Positions 47,273 through 55,150 of a DNA stretch of 56,531 nt are shown here, in pieces. Numbering within the stretch: position 1 is the stretch's first letter; each line of letters starts with the position of its first letter. Under the pieces are notes generated by a model. It was given only the letters and a program-made list of their open reading frames with translations. It made no database searches and had not been told where the DNA came from. A program made the translations under genes and the position numbers. Origin of the DNA: an uncultured Candidatus Peribacteria bacterium (GTDB taxonomy: Bacteria; Patescibacteriota; Gracilibacteria; UBA1369; UBA12473). The stretch lies in the NCBI GenBank assembly GCA_964436935.1, contig CAYTES010000003.1:1-56531 (forward strand). Direction: 5' to 3'.

Positions 47273-47566
47273 ATGAATTTCAATCATTTCATCATCAAAC
47301 CGGTTGTGACGGAAAAAAGCAGCCAAGCCTGGGAAAATGGAAAATACACCTTCGTGGTGAGTAACGATGCAAACAAGGTGGCTATCAAAAATGCCATCCG
47401 TGAAATATACGGTGTTAGAGTAGTTGATGTAAATGTTCGCCCTACGCCACAAAAAGTGCGCATCGTGGGACGAGGTCGAGAAATCGTAAAAAGAAAAGCC
47501 GTTAAGAAGGCAACGATCACTCTGGAGCCCGGTATAAAATTGGACTTCTATAAATTTCAAAAATAA
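47273..47566 (+). CDS. rplW: 50S ribosomal protein L23
   Basis: IIKPVVTEKSS...YTFVVSNDANKVAIKNAIREIYGV. Confidence 0.93.
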   Translation: MNFNHFIIKPVVTEKSSQAWENGKYTFVVSNDANKVAIKNAIREIYGVRVVDVNVRPTPQKVRIVGRGREIVKRKAVKKATITLEPGIKLDFYKFQK

Positions 47567-47593
47567 CTCAAGTAATTCTTCTATCTTAAAACC

Positions 47594-48448
47594 ATGGGAA
47601 TCAAAAAAGTTAAAGGTACAACTCCAGCGAGGCGACAAATGAGTGTTTCGACATTCGAAGAAGTGACTGCAAAAAAGCCATTGCAACGCTTATTGTTAAC
47701 AAAAAAAAGGGGTTCCGGCCGAAACAATACCGGACGCATCACGGTTCGTCATCGAGGGGGTGGGTCCAAGACTCACTACCGCATGGTGGACTTTAAGCAA
47801 ACCGACAACCTCGGTGTTGAGGGCCGTGTGGCTTCGGTTGAATATGATCCCAATCGAAATGCCTACATTATCTTAGTGAACTACAAAAATGGCGACAAGC
47901 GCTACCATCTTGCTCCAGAGAAAATCGGCGTAAATGATCATGTGATTACAGATCATAAAACGAAGATTAAAACCGGAAATCGATGTTTGATCGAAAATAT
48001 CCCCGTTGGATTTACGATCTATAATATAGAATTACAAAAAGGAAAAGGTGGTCAAATCGTAAGAAGTGCCGGAACGAGTGCCAAATTAGTTTCCCTTGAA
48101 GGGGAAATGGCCCAAGTCGAGCTCCCTTCTAAGGAAGTACGCTTTATTCCAAAGGGAAATTTTGCTTCCATTGGAGTGGTGAGTAATTCCGATTTCTCCA
48201 ATATCAAATGGGGTAAGGCCGGAAGAACTCGCCAAAGAGGACGACGCCCACAAGTTCGTGGTAAAGTAATGAACCCGGTAGACCATCCACATGGTGGAGG
48301 TGAAGGACGTAATTCAATTGGTCTTAAATATCCGAAGACGCCATGGGGATTACCTGCTCTGGGGGTGAAAACACGAAAACGAAAAGCAAGAACCAATATT
48401 TACCGCATCCGCGATCGCAAGGGGAAAAACTTTATCAAAACCACTTAG
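47594..48448 (+). CDS. rplB: 50S ribosomal protein L2
   Basis: GRNNTGRITVRHRGGG...MNPVDHPHGGGEGR. Confidence 0.97.
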   Translation: MGIKKVKGTTPARRQMSVSTFEEVTAKKPLQRLLLTKKRGSGRNNTGRITVRHRGGGSKTHYRMVDFKQTDNLGVEGRVASVEYDPNRNAYIILVNYKNGDKRYHLAPEKIGVNDHVITDHKTKIKTGNRCLIENIPVGFTIYNIELQKGKGGQIVRSAGTSAKLVSLEGEMAQVELPSKEVRFIPKGNFASIGVVSNSDFSNIKWGKAGRTRQRGRRPQVRGKVMNPVDHPHGGGEGRNSIGLKYPKTPWGLPALGVKTRKRKARTNIYRIRDRKGKNFIKTT

Positions 48449-48478
48449 TATCCCCTCTTCACATTAACCCACTTTCTA

Positions 48479-48766
48479 ATGTCTAGAAGTTCAAAAAAGG
48501 GACCGTACATCGATGAAAAGATCTTGAAAAAGGTCCGTAATCTGAATGAAACGAGTCAAAAAAGAATCATCAAGGTATGGACTCGAGCCTGTGTGATTAC
48601 GCCTGAATTCGTTGGACACACCTTCGGGGTCCATAACGGAAAGGAGCACATCCCCGTATTCGTCAACGAGCAAATGATTGGACATCGCCTGGGAGAATTT
48701 GCTCCCACTCGAAAATTCAAAGGTCATGGAGGTAAAATGGCCAAAACTCAAGGGAAATCGGCCTAA
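48479..48766 (+). CDS. rpsS: 30S ribosomal protein S19
   Basis: [18 protein letters not shown]...[23 protein letters not shown]. Confidence 0.96.
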   Translation: MSRSSKKGPYIDEKILKKVRNLNETSQKRIIKVWTRACVITPEFVGHTFGVHNGKEHIPVFVNEQMIGHRLGEFAPTRKFKGHGGKMAKTQGKSA

Positions 48767-48802
48767 ATTCCTCACTCTAAACGCTAAATCAACCCATTAC
48801 TC

Positions 48803-49198
48803 ATGATTGCTCATCTCCGAAAAATTCGAATCTCTCCCAAAAAAATGAACCTTGTTGCAGGATTGGTTCGTCAGAAAAGGGTGAAGGACGCACTGGCAAT
48901 CCTTAAGTTTACCCCCAAGAAGGCAGCACAAATATTGGGAAAAGTGGTGCAATCGGCCGGAGCCAATGCGCAAAACAACTTCAAGCAAGACATGGAAACG
49001 CTAATCGTGAAAGAAATTATCGTTAATGATGGACCGACCTACAAACGATTCCAACCGGTATCCCGTGGTCGCTCTCACCCTATCTTGAAACGAACCAGTC
49101 ACATCACGGTAAAAGTTGAAGCCGGGGCCACATTGATTGAAAAAAGATCCGCAAAGCCCAAGAAAGAAGTAAAAACCAAAAAACCAAAAGCGGAATAA
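48803..49198 (+). CDS. rplV: 50S ribosomal protein L22
   Basis: RISPKKMNLVAGLVRQKRVKDALAILKFTPKKAA. Confidence 0.94.
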   Translation: MIAHLRKIRISPKKMNLVAGLVRQKRVKDALAILKFTPKKAAQILGKVVQSAGANAQNNFKQDMETLIVKEIIVNDGPTYKRFQPVSRGRSHPILKRTSHITVKVEAGATLIEKRSAKPKKEVKTKKPKAE

Positions 49199-49231
49199 TT
49201 ACTCTTATTACTTTTCTAGCCACTCCATCGA

Positions 49232-49912
49232 ATGGGACAAAAAGTTAATCCAAAAGGACTACGCCTCGGCATCATACGAACATGGGACTCCAACTGGTTT
49301 GCACCAAAAGCCCAGTACAAAAGATTGCTGCATGAGGATATTCAAATACGAGATTTTGTCCGCAAACATTTCAAGGAGGGGTACATCGCCAAAATTGAAA
49401 TACTACGAGATGCAAATCGCACAACGCTGATCATCCATACTTCCAGGCCGGGAACTGTGATTGGTCGCCAGGGAGAAGGAATTGAAAAATTTCAGGAAAT
49501 ATTGGAAGGAATGTTCAGACAACAAAAATTCAGCATTTCAGTCAAAGAGATTAAAAACCCGGACTTGGACGCCTACATTGTGGCCGAAAGTATAACCAAG
49601 CAGATTGCCCGCCGTGTCTCGTATCGCAGAGCGGTAAAGACAGCCATTCAAAGAGGAATGGAAAACGGGGCCAAAGGAATTAAAATTGGAGTAAAGGGAC
49701 GTCTGAATGGAGTGGAAATCGCTCGCGCAGAAACCACCTCGGAAGGAAAAATCCCGCTTCACACCCTACGTGCCAATGTGGATTATGCTTACGTCCCCGC
49801 TCAGACTACCTATGGAGTGATTGGGGTTAAGGTGTGGATCTACAAAGGAGAAGTGTTCAATAAATTATCAGATATGATGGCGGCCAACGCCAAAAACCAA
49901 GCCAACGAATAA
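49232..49912 (+). CDS. rpsC: 30S ribosomal protein S3
   Basis: [24 protein letters not shown]... with a KH domain. Confidence 0.96.
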   Translation: MGQKVNPKGLRLGIIRTWDSNWFAPKAQYKRLLHEDIQIRDFVRKHFKEGYIAKIEILRDANRTTLIIHTSRPGTVIGRQGEGIEKFQEILEGMFRQQKFSISVKEIKNPDLDAYIVAESITKQIARRVSYRRAVKTAIQRGMENGAKGIKIGVKGRLNGVEIARAETTSEGKIPLHTLRANVDYAYVPAQTTYGVIGVKVWIYKGEVFNKLSDMMAANAKNQANE

Positions 49913-49933
49913 ACGCACCTAATATTACTCATC

Positions 49934-50353
49934 ATGTTAATACCCAAGAAGCAAAAATTTAGAAAGACATTCCGTGGGCGCAATGCGCTCAAGGGAAAGG
50001 CAACAAAAGGAACGAAGCTCAGCTTCGGCGAATACGGGCTCAAAGCGACGGATGCCGCCGAAATCACGTCTCGTCAGATTGAAGCCGCTCGTCGCGCCAT
50101 GACACGCCATGTGAAACGAGGAGGACGGATCTGGATTCGCATCTTCCCGCATGTACCTTTGACGCGAAAACCGGCGGAAGTACGCATGGGTAGCGGAAAA
50201 GGTTCGGTGGACCACTATGTGGCACGCATCAAGCCCGGCACCATTCTGTTTGAAATGGGAGGACTGGATGAGCTCACCGCTAGACAAGCTATTCGTTTAG
50301 CAGGATACAAACTCCCGGTAAAAACAAGATTTGTTTCTAGCAACACTCTATAA
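49934..50353 (+). CDS. rplP: 50S ribosomal protein L16
   Basis: [16 protein letters not shown]...[29 protein letters not shown]. Confidence 0.96.
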   Translation: MLIPKKQKFRKTFRGRNALKGKATKGTKLSFGEYGLKATDAAEITSRQIEAARRAMTRHVKRGGRIWIRIFPHVPLTRKPAEVRMGSGKGSVDHYVARIKPGTILFEMGGLDELTARQAIRLAGYKLPVKTRFVSSNTL

Positions 50354-50364
50354 CATCCGAAATC

Positions 50365-50595
50365 ATGCTTACCCTCAATGAATTACGAAAACTAGAAATG
50401 CCCGGACTGGAAACGGAACTTAAAAAGGCAAAGATGGCCCAATTGGGCGCTGAAATGTCTCTGCGGATGAAGCAAAGCAAAGAAACGCACCTTGGAAGAA
50501 AGCAAGGAAAATACGTGGCTCGAATCCTGACGGTAAAAAATGAATTGCAAAAAGAAGATAAAAACGCTAAAAATCTTTCGCACACTAAAAACTAG
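50365..50595 (+). CDS. rpmC: 50S ribosomal protein L29
   Basis: Its position between rplP and rpsQ, plus LNELRKLEMPGLETELKK... Confidence 0.88.
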   Translation: MLTLNELRKLEMPGLETELKKAKMAQLGAEMSLRMKQSKETHLGRKQGKYVARILTVKNELQKEDKNAKNLSHTKN

Positions 50596-50619
50596 TTCAT
50601 ACACTGTAATTTAATTCTC

Positions 50620-50868
50620 ATGCGAAGCAAAAACGGAATCGTCATCAGTGCCAAAAACGACAAAACCATCGTCGTACGGGTGGATATGTATAAGGCTCAC
50701 CCTAAATACAAGAAACGATATCGTACCTCAACAAAATTCCATGCGCACGATGAAGGCAATCAATACAAAGAAGGCGATACGGTAACGATCTACGAATCAC
50801 GCCCCCTCAGCCGAATGAAGCGATGGAATGTCGAAAAACCTTCAACTTCACCCGAAACTCAATCTTAA
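50620..50868 (+). CDS. rpsQ: 30S ribosomal protein S17
   Basis: GIVISAKNDKTIVVRVDMYKAHPKYKKRYRTSTKFHAHDE. Confidence 0.94.
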   Translation: MRSKNGIVISAKNDKTIVVRVDMYKAHPKYKKRYRTSTKFHAHDEGNQYKEGDTVTIYESRPLSRMKRWNVEKPSTSPETQS

Positions 50869-50898
50869 TATCTCTTACTGTTTCTCTAGCCCAATCTC

Positions 50899-51267
50899 AT
50901 GATTCAAGTTCAAACTCGCCTGAAGGTGGCAGACAATACCGGTGCTAAAGAAGTGATGTGCATCAAAGTCCTTGGAGGCTCCAAAAGGCGCTATGCCCGA
51001 TTGGGAGATGTCATCGTGGTTTCCGTCAAAGAAGCCGCCCCTCGAGGAGTGGTGAAAAAAAAGAGCGTTCAACGTGCCGTTGTGGTACGACAAACCAAGG
51101 AGGTGGGGCGCATCGACGGAACCTATGTTCGATTCGATGAAAATGCCGTAGTGATCATTGGAAAAGACAATGTACCGAAAGGAACTCGTGTCTTCGGCCC
51201 TGTAGCCCGCGAATTACGGGATAAGGGGTTCTACAAGATTATTTCGCTCGCTCCTGATGTTATCTAA
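50899..51267 (+). CDS. rplN: 50S ribosomal protein L14
   Basis: [33 protein letters not shown]. Confidence 0.97.
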   Translation: MIQVQTRLKVADNTGAKEVMCIKVLGGSKRRYARLGDVIVVSVKEAAPRGVVKKKSVQRAVVVRQTKEVGRIDGTYVRFDENAVVIIGKDNVPKGTRVFGPVARELRDKGFYKIISLAPDVI

Positions 51268-51287
51268 TTACTAATTCTGTTAACTAT

Positions 51288-51412
51288 GTTTCACTCAAAA
51301 TCTATTTAGTTCAAGACGGCAAAACATTTATCGCCGAAACGCCCGCCTGAGGCGGGCCGATGAGGCGGAAAATGGAGTAGCCAACACGGAAATAAATGAT
51401 TTTCAGTGAAAC
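51288..51412 (+). ncRNA. candidate structured RNA element, copy A (125 nt) in the rplN-rplX spacer
   Basis: GTTTCACTCAAAATC...GATTTTCAGTGAAAC terminal pairing, nested inner helices, and an apical GCCCGCC-TGA-GGCGGGC hairpin (51341-51357). About 85% identical to 54561-54681 outside the apical segment. Confidence 0.6.
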
Positions 51413-51433
51413 CACTACTAATTAAATAAAGCT

Positions 51434-51763
51434 ATGAAAGTCAAACAAGGAGATAATGTATTGGTTACTGCCGGAAAGAACAAAGGTTCAAAAGGCAAGG
51501 TCATGAAAGTTATGAAGAAAAATGACAAAATTGTTGTTGAAAAAATCAACATGCGTAAAAAACATATTAAGAAAAGCGCGTCAAAACCGGGCGAAATCAT
51601 TACCTACGAAGCTCCAATACACGTCTCAAATGTAAAAGTGGTATGTCCCGGCTGTAATAAAGGAGTTCGCGTAGGGTACACCATCCTGGAAAACGGAAAG
51701 AAACAACGGGTATGTAAAAAATGTCAACAATCGCTGGACAAGCCCGTGGAATCTAAAAAATAA
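51434..51763 (+). CDS. rplX: 50S ribosomal protein L24 with C4 zinc-ribbon insertion
   Basis: KOW motif VKQGDNVLVTAGKNKGSKGKV, plus CPGC...CKKC in the C-terminal half. Confidence 0.93.
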   Translation: MKVKQGDNVLVTAGKNKGSKGKVMKVMKKNDKIVVEKINMRKKHIKKSASKPGEIITYEAPIHVSNVKVVCPGCNKGVRVGYTILENGKKQRVCKKCQQSLDKPVESKK

Positions 51764-51787
51764 CTTCCTTACTAACTCTTCTGAATC

Positions 51788-52300
51788 ATGAAAAAAGTGG
51801 CAACAAAAGAAAATCCAATGGCAATCCCAAGAATCACAAAAGTCAGTATCAATGTGGGAATTGGAAGCTACATTCAAAAAGGTGGGGACAAAAATTTTGA
51901 TCCGGTGATTGAAAATATCAAACGATTGAGTGGTCAAAAACCCATGATAACCAAAGCTAAAAAAGCCATTTCGAACTTTAAATTAAGAGAAGGAATGCCG
52001 GTTGGAGTAGCGGTCACACTGAGAGGCCCCCGTATGAATGATTTCCTTACGCGATTGGTGCATATTGTACTGCCTCGCATCCGGGATTTCCGAGGAATTT
52101 CAGCTCGTGGATTTGATGGGAGAGGAACGTATACCCTTGGAATCAAGGAAATTACCGTTTTTCCCGAAGTGAATCCGGACAACGTAAGTCGTAATCATGG
52201 GGTGCAGATCACAATCAGCACCACAGCCGAAAAGAACACTGAAGGTTACCTCTTATTGAAAGGAATGGGCTTCCCCTTCCGAGATGAACCCAAAGCATAA
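51788..52300 (+). CDS. rplE: 50S ribosomal protein L5 (short N-terminus)
   Basis: IPRITKVSINVGIGS...MPVGVAVTLRGPRMNDFLTRL. Confidence 0.93.
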   Translation: MKKVATKENPMAIPRITKVSINVGIGSYIQKGGDKNFDPVIENIKRLSGQKPMITKAKKAISNFKLREGMPVGVAVTLRGPRMNDFLTRLVHIVLPRIRDFRGISARGFDGRGTYTLGIKEITVFPEVNPDNVSRNHGVQITISTTAEKNTEGYLLLKGMGFPFRDEPKA

Positions 52301-52316
52301 ATTATAACCCTATCCA

Positions 52317-52541
52317 ATGGCTCGTACAGCGCTCATCGTCAAATGCAAACGACTTCAAACCGAACACATGAAAGCTCTTGCGAGCGGAAAAGATCCGGTG
52401 AATCCAACTCGTGTTTACAACCGCTGTGAACGCTGTGGAAAGATTCGAGGATTCATGCGACGATTTGGACTCTGTCGTATTTGCTTCCGCAACCTTGCCG
52501 GAGAAGGCCTGATCATGGGGGTTCGAAAATCTTCATGGTAA
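52317..52541 (+). CDS. rpsN: 30S ribosomal protein S14 (zinc-binding type, 74 aa)
   Basis: [22 protein letters not shown]. Confidence 0.93.
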   Translation: MARTALIVKCKRLQTEHMKALASGKDPVNPTRVYNRCERCGKIRGFMRRFGLCRICFRNLAGEGLIMGVRKSSW

Positions 52542-52583
52542 TCCATCGTCACTCACCAACCACTAAACGCTAACCGTTTCCTA

Positions 52584-52967
52584 ATGAATACCGATCCTAT
52601 CGCCGACATGTTGAACCGCATTGGAAATGCCAAAAAGGCGAGACACGAACAATTGACTCTCCCTTATTCCAAAATTAAAATGGAAATCCTTAAAGTAATG
52701 GAATCCAATCGATTCATTGAAAAAGTTTCCATCAATAAACTGGGTCAGTTTCAACATTTGGAAATCAAATTATCTTCCACGAAAGATACAATTTCTTTAA
52801 AAAGAGTATCCAAACCTGGACAACGAATTTATATAAAAGCAGATGAAATAAGATCGGTATTGAATGGATTGGGAATGACCATCCTTTCAACGCCAAAAGG
52901 AGTCATGAGTGGGAAAGATGCAAGAAAGCATAAAGTCGGAGGCGAGTTGCTCTGTGAGATCTACTAA
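52584..52967 (+). CDS. rpsH: 30S ribosomal protein S8
   Basis: DPIADMLNRIGNAKKARHEQLTLPYSKIK. Confidence 0.95.
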   Translation: MNTDPIADMLNRIGNAKKARHEQLTLPYSKIKMEILKVMESNRFIEKVSINKLGQFQHLEIKLSSTKDTISLKRVSKPGQRIYIKADEIRSVLNGLGMTILSTPKGVMSGKDARKHKVGGELLCEIY

Positions 52968-52996
52968 TCACCTATTAACTGTTAAAAACTTAAGCC

Positions 52997-53548
52997 ATGT
53001 CACGAGTAGGCAAAAAAAACATTTCAATCCCAAAGGGAGTCACGGTAACCTATGAAAACGGAGTAATTACCGTAAAAGGTCCAAAGGGAGAACTAACCTT
53101 TACGCATCACCCTCTCATGCAAGTGATACTGTATGAAGATGCCGTACAAATCAAAAGACCCGGGAATGAAAAAATTCATAAGAGCTTACACGGTCTAACA
53201 AGAAGTTTGGTCCAGAATATGGTCACCGGAGTGTCGGTTGGATTTTCCAGACGGTTGGAGGTGAATGGAGTGGGTTATCGCTTCCAAGTTCAAGGAAATA
53301 AATTGGTACTAAGCTTAGGCTATTCTCACCCCATCGAATTCATCGCTGAAAAAGGAATTGAGGTCAAAGCGGATGAAGAAAAGAAAAATGTGATCATTGT
53401 ATCAGGTATGGATAAGCAAAAAGTGGGTCAAGCAGCCGCAAAAATCCGTGAATTCAGAAAACCTGAACCTTACAAAGGGAAAGGAATTAAATACGAAGAA
53501 GAAGTGATTCAAAGAAAAGCTGGTAAAACAGCGGCTAAATCGTCTTAA
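52997..53548 (+). CDS. rplF: 50S ribosomal protein L6
   Basis: MSRVGKKNISIPKGVTVTYENGVITVKGPKGELT. Confidence 0.95.
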   Translation: MSRVGKKNISIPKGVTVTYENGVITVKGPKGELTFTHHPLMQVILYEDAVQIKRPGNEKIHKSLHGLTRSLVQNMVTGVSVGFSRRLEVNGVGYRFQVQGNKLVLSLGYSHPIEFIAEKGIEVKADEEKKNVIIVSGMDKQKVGQAAAKIREFRKPEPYKGKGIKYEEEVIQRKAGKTAAKSS

Positions 53549-53565
53549 TAACCTTTTAATTCATC

Positions 53566-53907
53566 ATGTTTAAGAAAAATATTCTCCGACAAAGACGTCA
53601 TCATAAGATTAAAACGAAGATCAAGGCGACTTCCGATCGTCCTCGATTGGTGGTATACCGTAGTCTTCAGTCAATTTATGCTCAGTTGATCGATGATGCC
53701 CAAGGAAAAACATTGGTTTCATCTTCCGATATGAAAGTCAAAAAGGGAACAAAGATGGAACGTGCCGCCCATGTTGGCAAAGAACTGGCTGAAAAGGCAA
53801 TGGCACTAAAAATTGAAACCTGCGTCTTTGATCGAAACGGATACAAATACCATGGCCGTGTAAAAGCGGTTGCAGAAGGAGCACGTGAAGGAGGATTGAA
53901 ATTCTAA
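53566..53907 (+). CDS. rplR: 50S ribosomal protein L18
   Basis: [20 protein letters not shown]...[26 protein letters not shown]. Confidence 0.95.
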   Translation: MFKKNILRQRRHHKIKTKIKATSDRPRLVVYRSLQSIYAQLIDDAQGKTLVSSSDMKVKKGTKMERAAHVGKELAEKAMALKIETCVFDRNGYKYHGRVKAVAEGAREGGLKF

Positions 53908-53973
53908 TTATCACTAAGCTATACTTAAACTCAGGTTCACCCTTCGATCAATTTAATAACTTTACTTAGAACA

Positions 53974-54531
53974 ATGTCTTACCCCAACAATAACAATAAG
54001 AATAACAACAAGCGCGGACCACGAATGCAGGAAGTGAAAGAATTTGATGAAGAAGTCATTCAACTTGACCGCGTGACCCGTGTGGTGAAAGGGGGACGAC
54101 GTATGCGTTTTCGTGCCACGGTCGCCATTGGGAATCGAAAAGGGAAGGTGGGGATTGGAATAGGTAAATCGGCCGAAGTCGTCGGTGCAATTAAAAAAGC
54201 CGTCACCATGGCCAAGAAAAATCTAGTTAAGGTCCCTATTTATAAAGAAACCGTACCTCATCGTATTCAAGTTAAATTCAAAGCCTCAAAAATCTTGTTG
54301 ATGCCAGCGGGAGCGGGAACCGGAATCATTGCCGGAGGGGCAACGCGTAAAATCATCGAATTGAGCGGAATCAAAAATATTTTGAGCAAAAGTCTGGGAT
54401 CCTCAAATCGAGTGAACACCAGCAAGGCGACCATGAAAGCATTGATGGAATTACGACCTAAAAACGAAGTGAAAGTTCAAGAAAAAGCTAAAGTTGAAGA
54501 GTCGAAAGAAACTAAAAAAGAAGTTGAATAA
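53974..54531 (+). CDS. rpsE: 30S ribosomal protein S5
   Basis: VIQLDRVTRVVKGGRRMRFRATVAIGNRKGKVGIGIGKSAEV. Confidence 0.95.
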   Translation: MSYPNNNNKNNNKRGPRMQEVKEFDEEVIQLDRVTRVVKGGRRMRFRATVAIGNRKGKVGIGIGKSAEVVGAIKKAVTMAKKNLVKVPIYKETVPHRIQVKFKASKILLMPAGAGTGIIAGGATRKIIELSGIKNILSKSLGSSNRVNTSKATMKALMELRPKNEVKVQEKAKVEESKETKKEVE

Positions 54532-54560
54532 ATAATGGTTAATAAAAAATTTCTATATAT

Positions 54561-54681
54561 GTTTCACTCAAAATCGATATAGTTCAAGGCAGCAAGCCAT
54601 TTATCTCCGAGGCGCACAAAAGGTACGACGAGGTGAAAAATGGTGAAGCCAACACCGAAATATGTCGATTTTCAGTGAAAC
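54561..54681 (+). ncRNA. candidate structured RNA element, copy B (121 nt) in the rpsE-rplO spacer (rpmD slot)
   Basis: It has the same termini and conserved blocks as 51288-51412 (CATTTATC, AAAATGG, AGCCAACAC, GAAATA) with a different apical segment. Confidence 0.6.
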
Positions 54682-54706
54682 CCTAATAAACTAACTCTAA
54701 AAAATA

Positions 54707-55150
54707 ATGCAGCAAAACGAACTCAAATCGACTCCAGGCGCACGAAAAAGTAAAAGACGTTTGGGACGAGGAAATGGTTCAGGACGTGGAACCTACTCCG
54801 GTCGGGGGGGGAAAGGTCAAACGGCTAGGGCGGGTGGTAAATTACGCATAGGATTTGCAGGAGGTCAAACTCCCCTGATGATGCGTATGCCTAAATTGGG
54901 TGGCTTCAAAAACATCAATCGTGTGGAATATGCGGTCATCAATGTAGGACTTTTAGGAGAAAACTACAAAGAAGGAGAAATCGTCGATCGAAGCAGCTTG
55001 ATTGAAAAACGACTTTTAAAAAAGACCTCTAAGCCCATTAAAGTATTGGCAACCGGAGAAATCAAGGTCGCCTTAACCGTGAAGTTGGATAAGATCTCAG
55101 AAGCCGCAAAAGCTAAAATTATAAATGCTAAAGGCACTGTTGAATGCTAA
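54707..55150 (+). CDS. rplO: 50S ribosomal protein L15
   Basis: RRLGRGNGSGRGTYSGRGGKGQTARAG. Confidence 0.95.
   Translation: MQQNELKSTPGARKSKRRLGRGNGSGRGTYSGRGGKGQTARAGGKLRIGFAGGQTPLMMRMPKLGGFKNINRVEYAVINVGLLGENYKEGEIVDRSSLIEKRLLKKTSKPIKVLATGEIKVALTVKLDKISEAAKAKIINAKGTVEC

Noticed and set aside
51334-51375. Hammerhead-like strings in copy A (CCGAAAC, a GC hairpin, CGATGAGG).
   Set aside because: The order of elements is wrong for any hammerhead permutation. The CUGAUGA core has C in place of U4. There is no stem I, and the segment is not conserved in copy B.
51288-54681. The GTTTCAC...GTGAAAC termini looked like CRISPR repeat ends.
   Set aside because: There are only two copies, 3.2 kb apart, each ~120 nt long and internally self-complementary. 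There is no array of short repeats and spacers, and no cas genes in the window.
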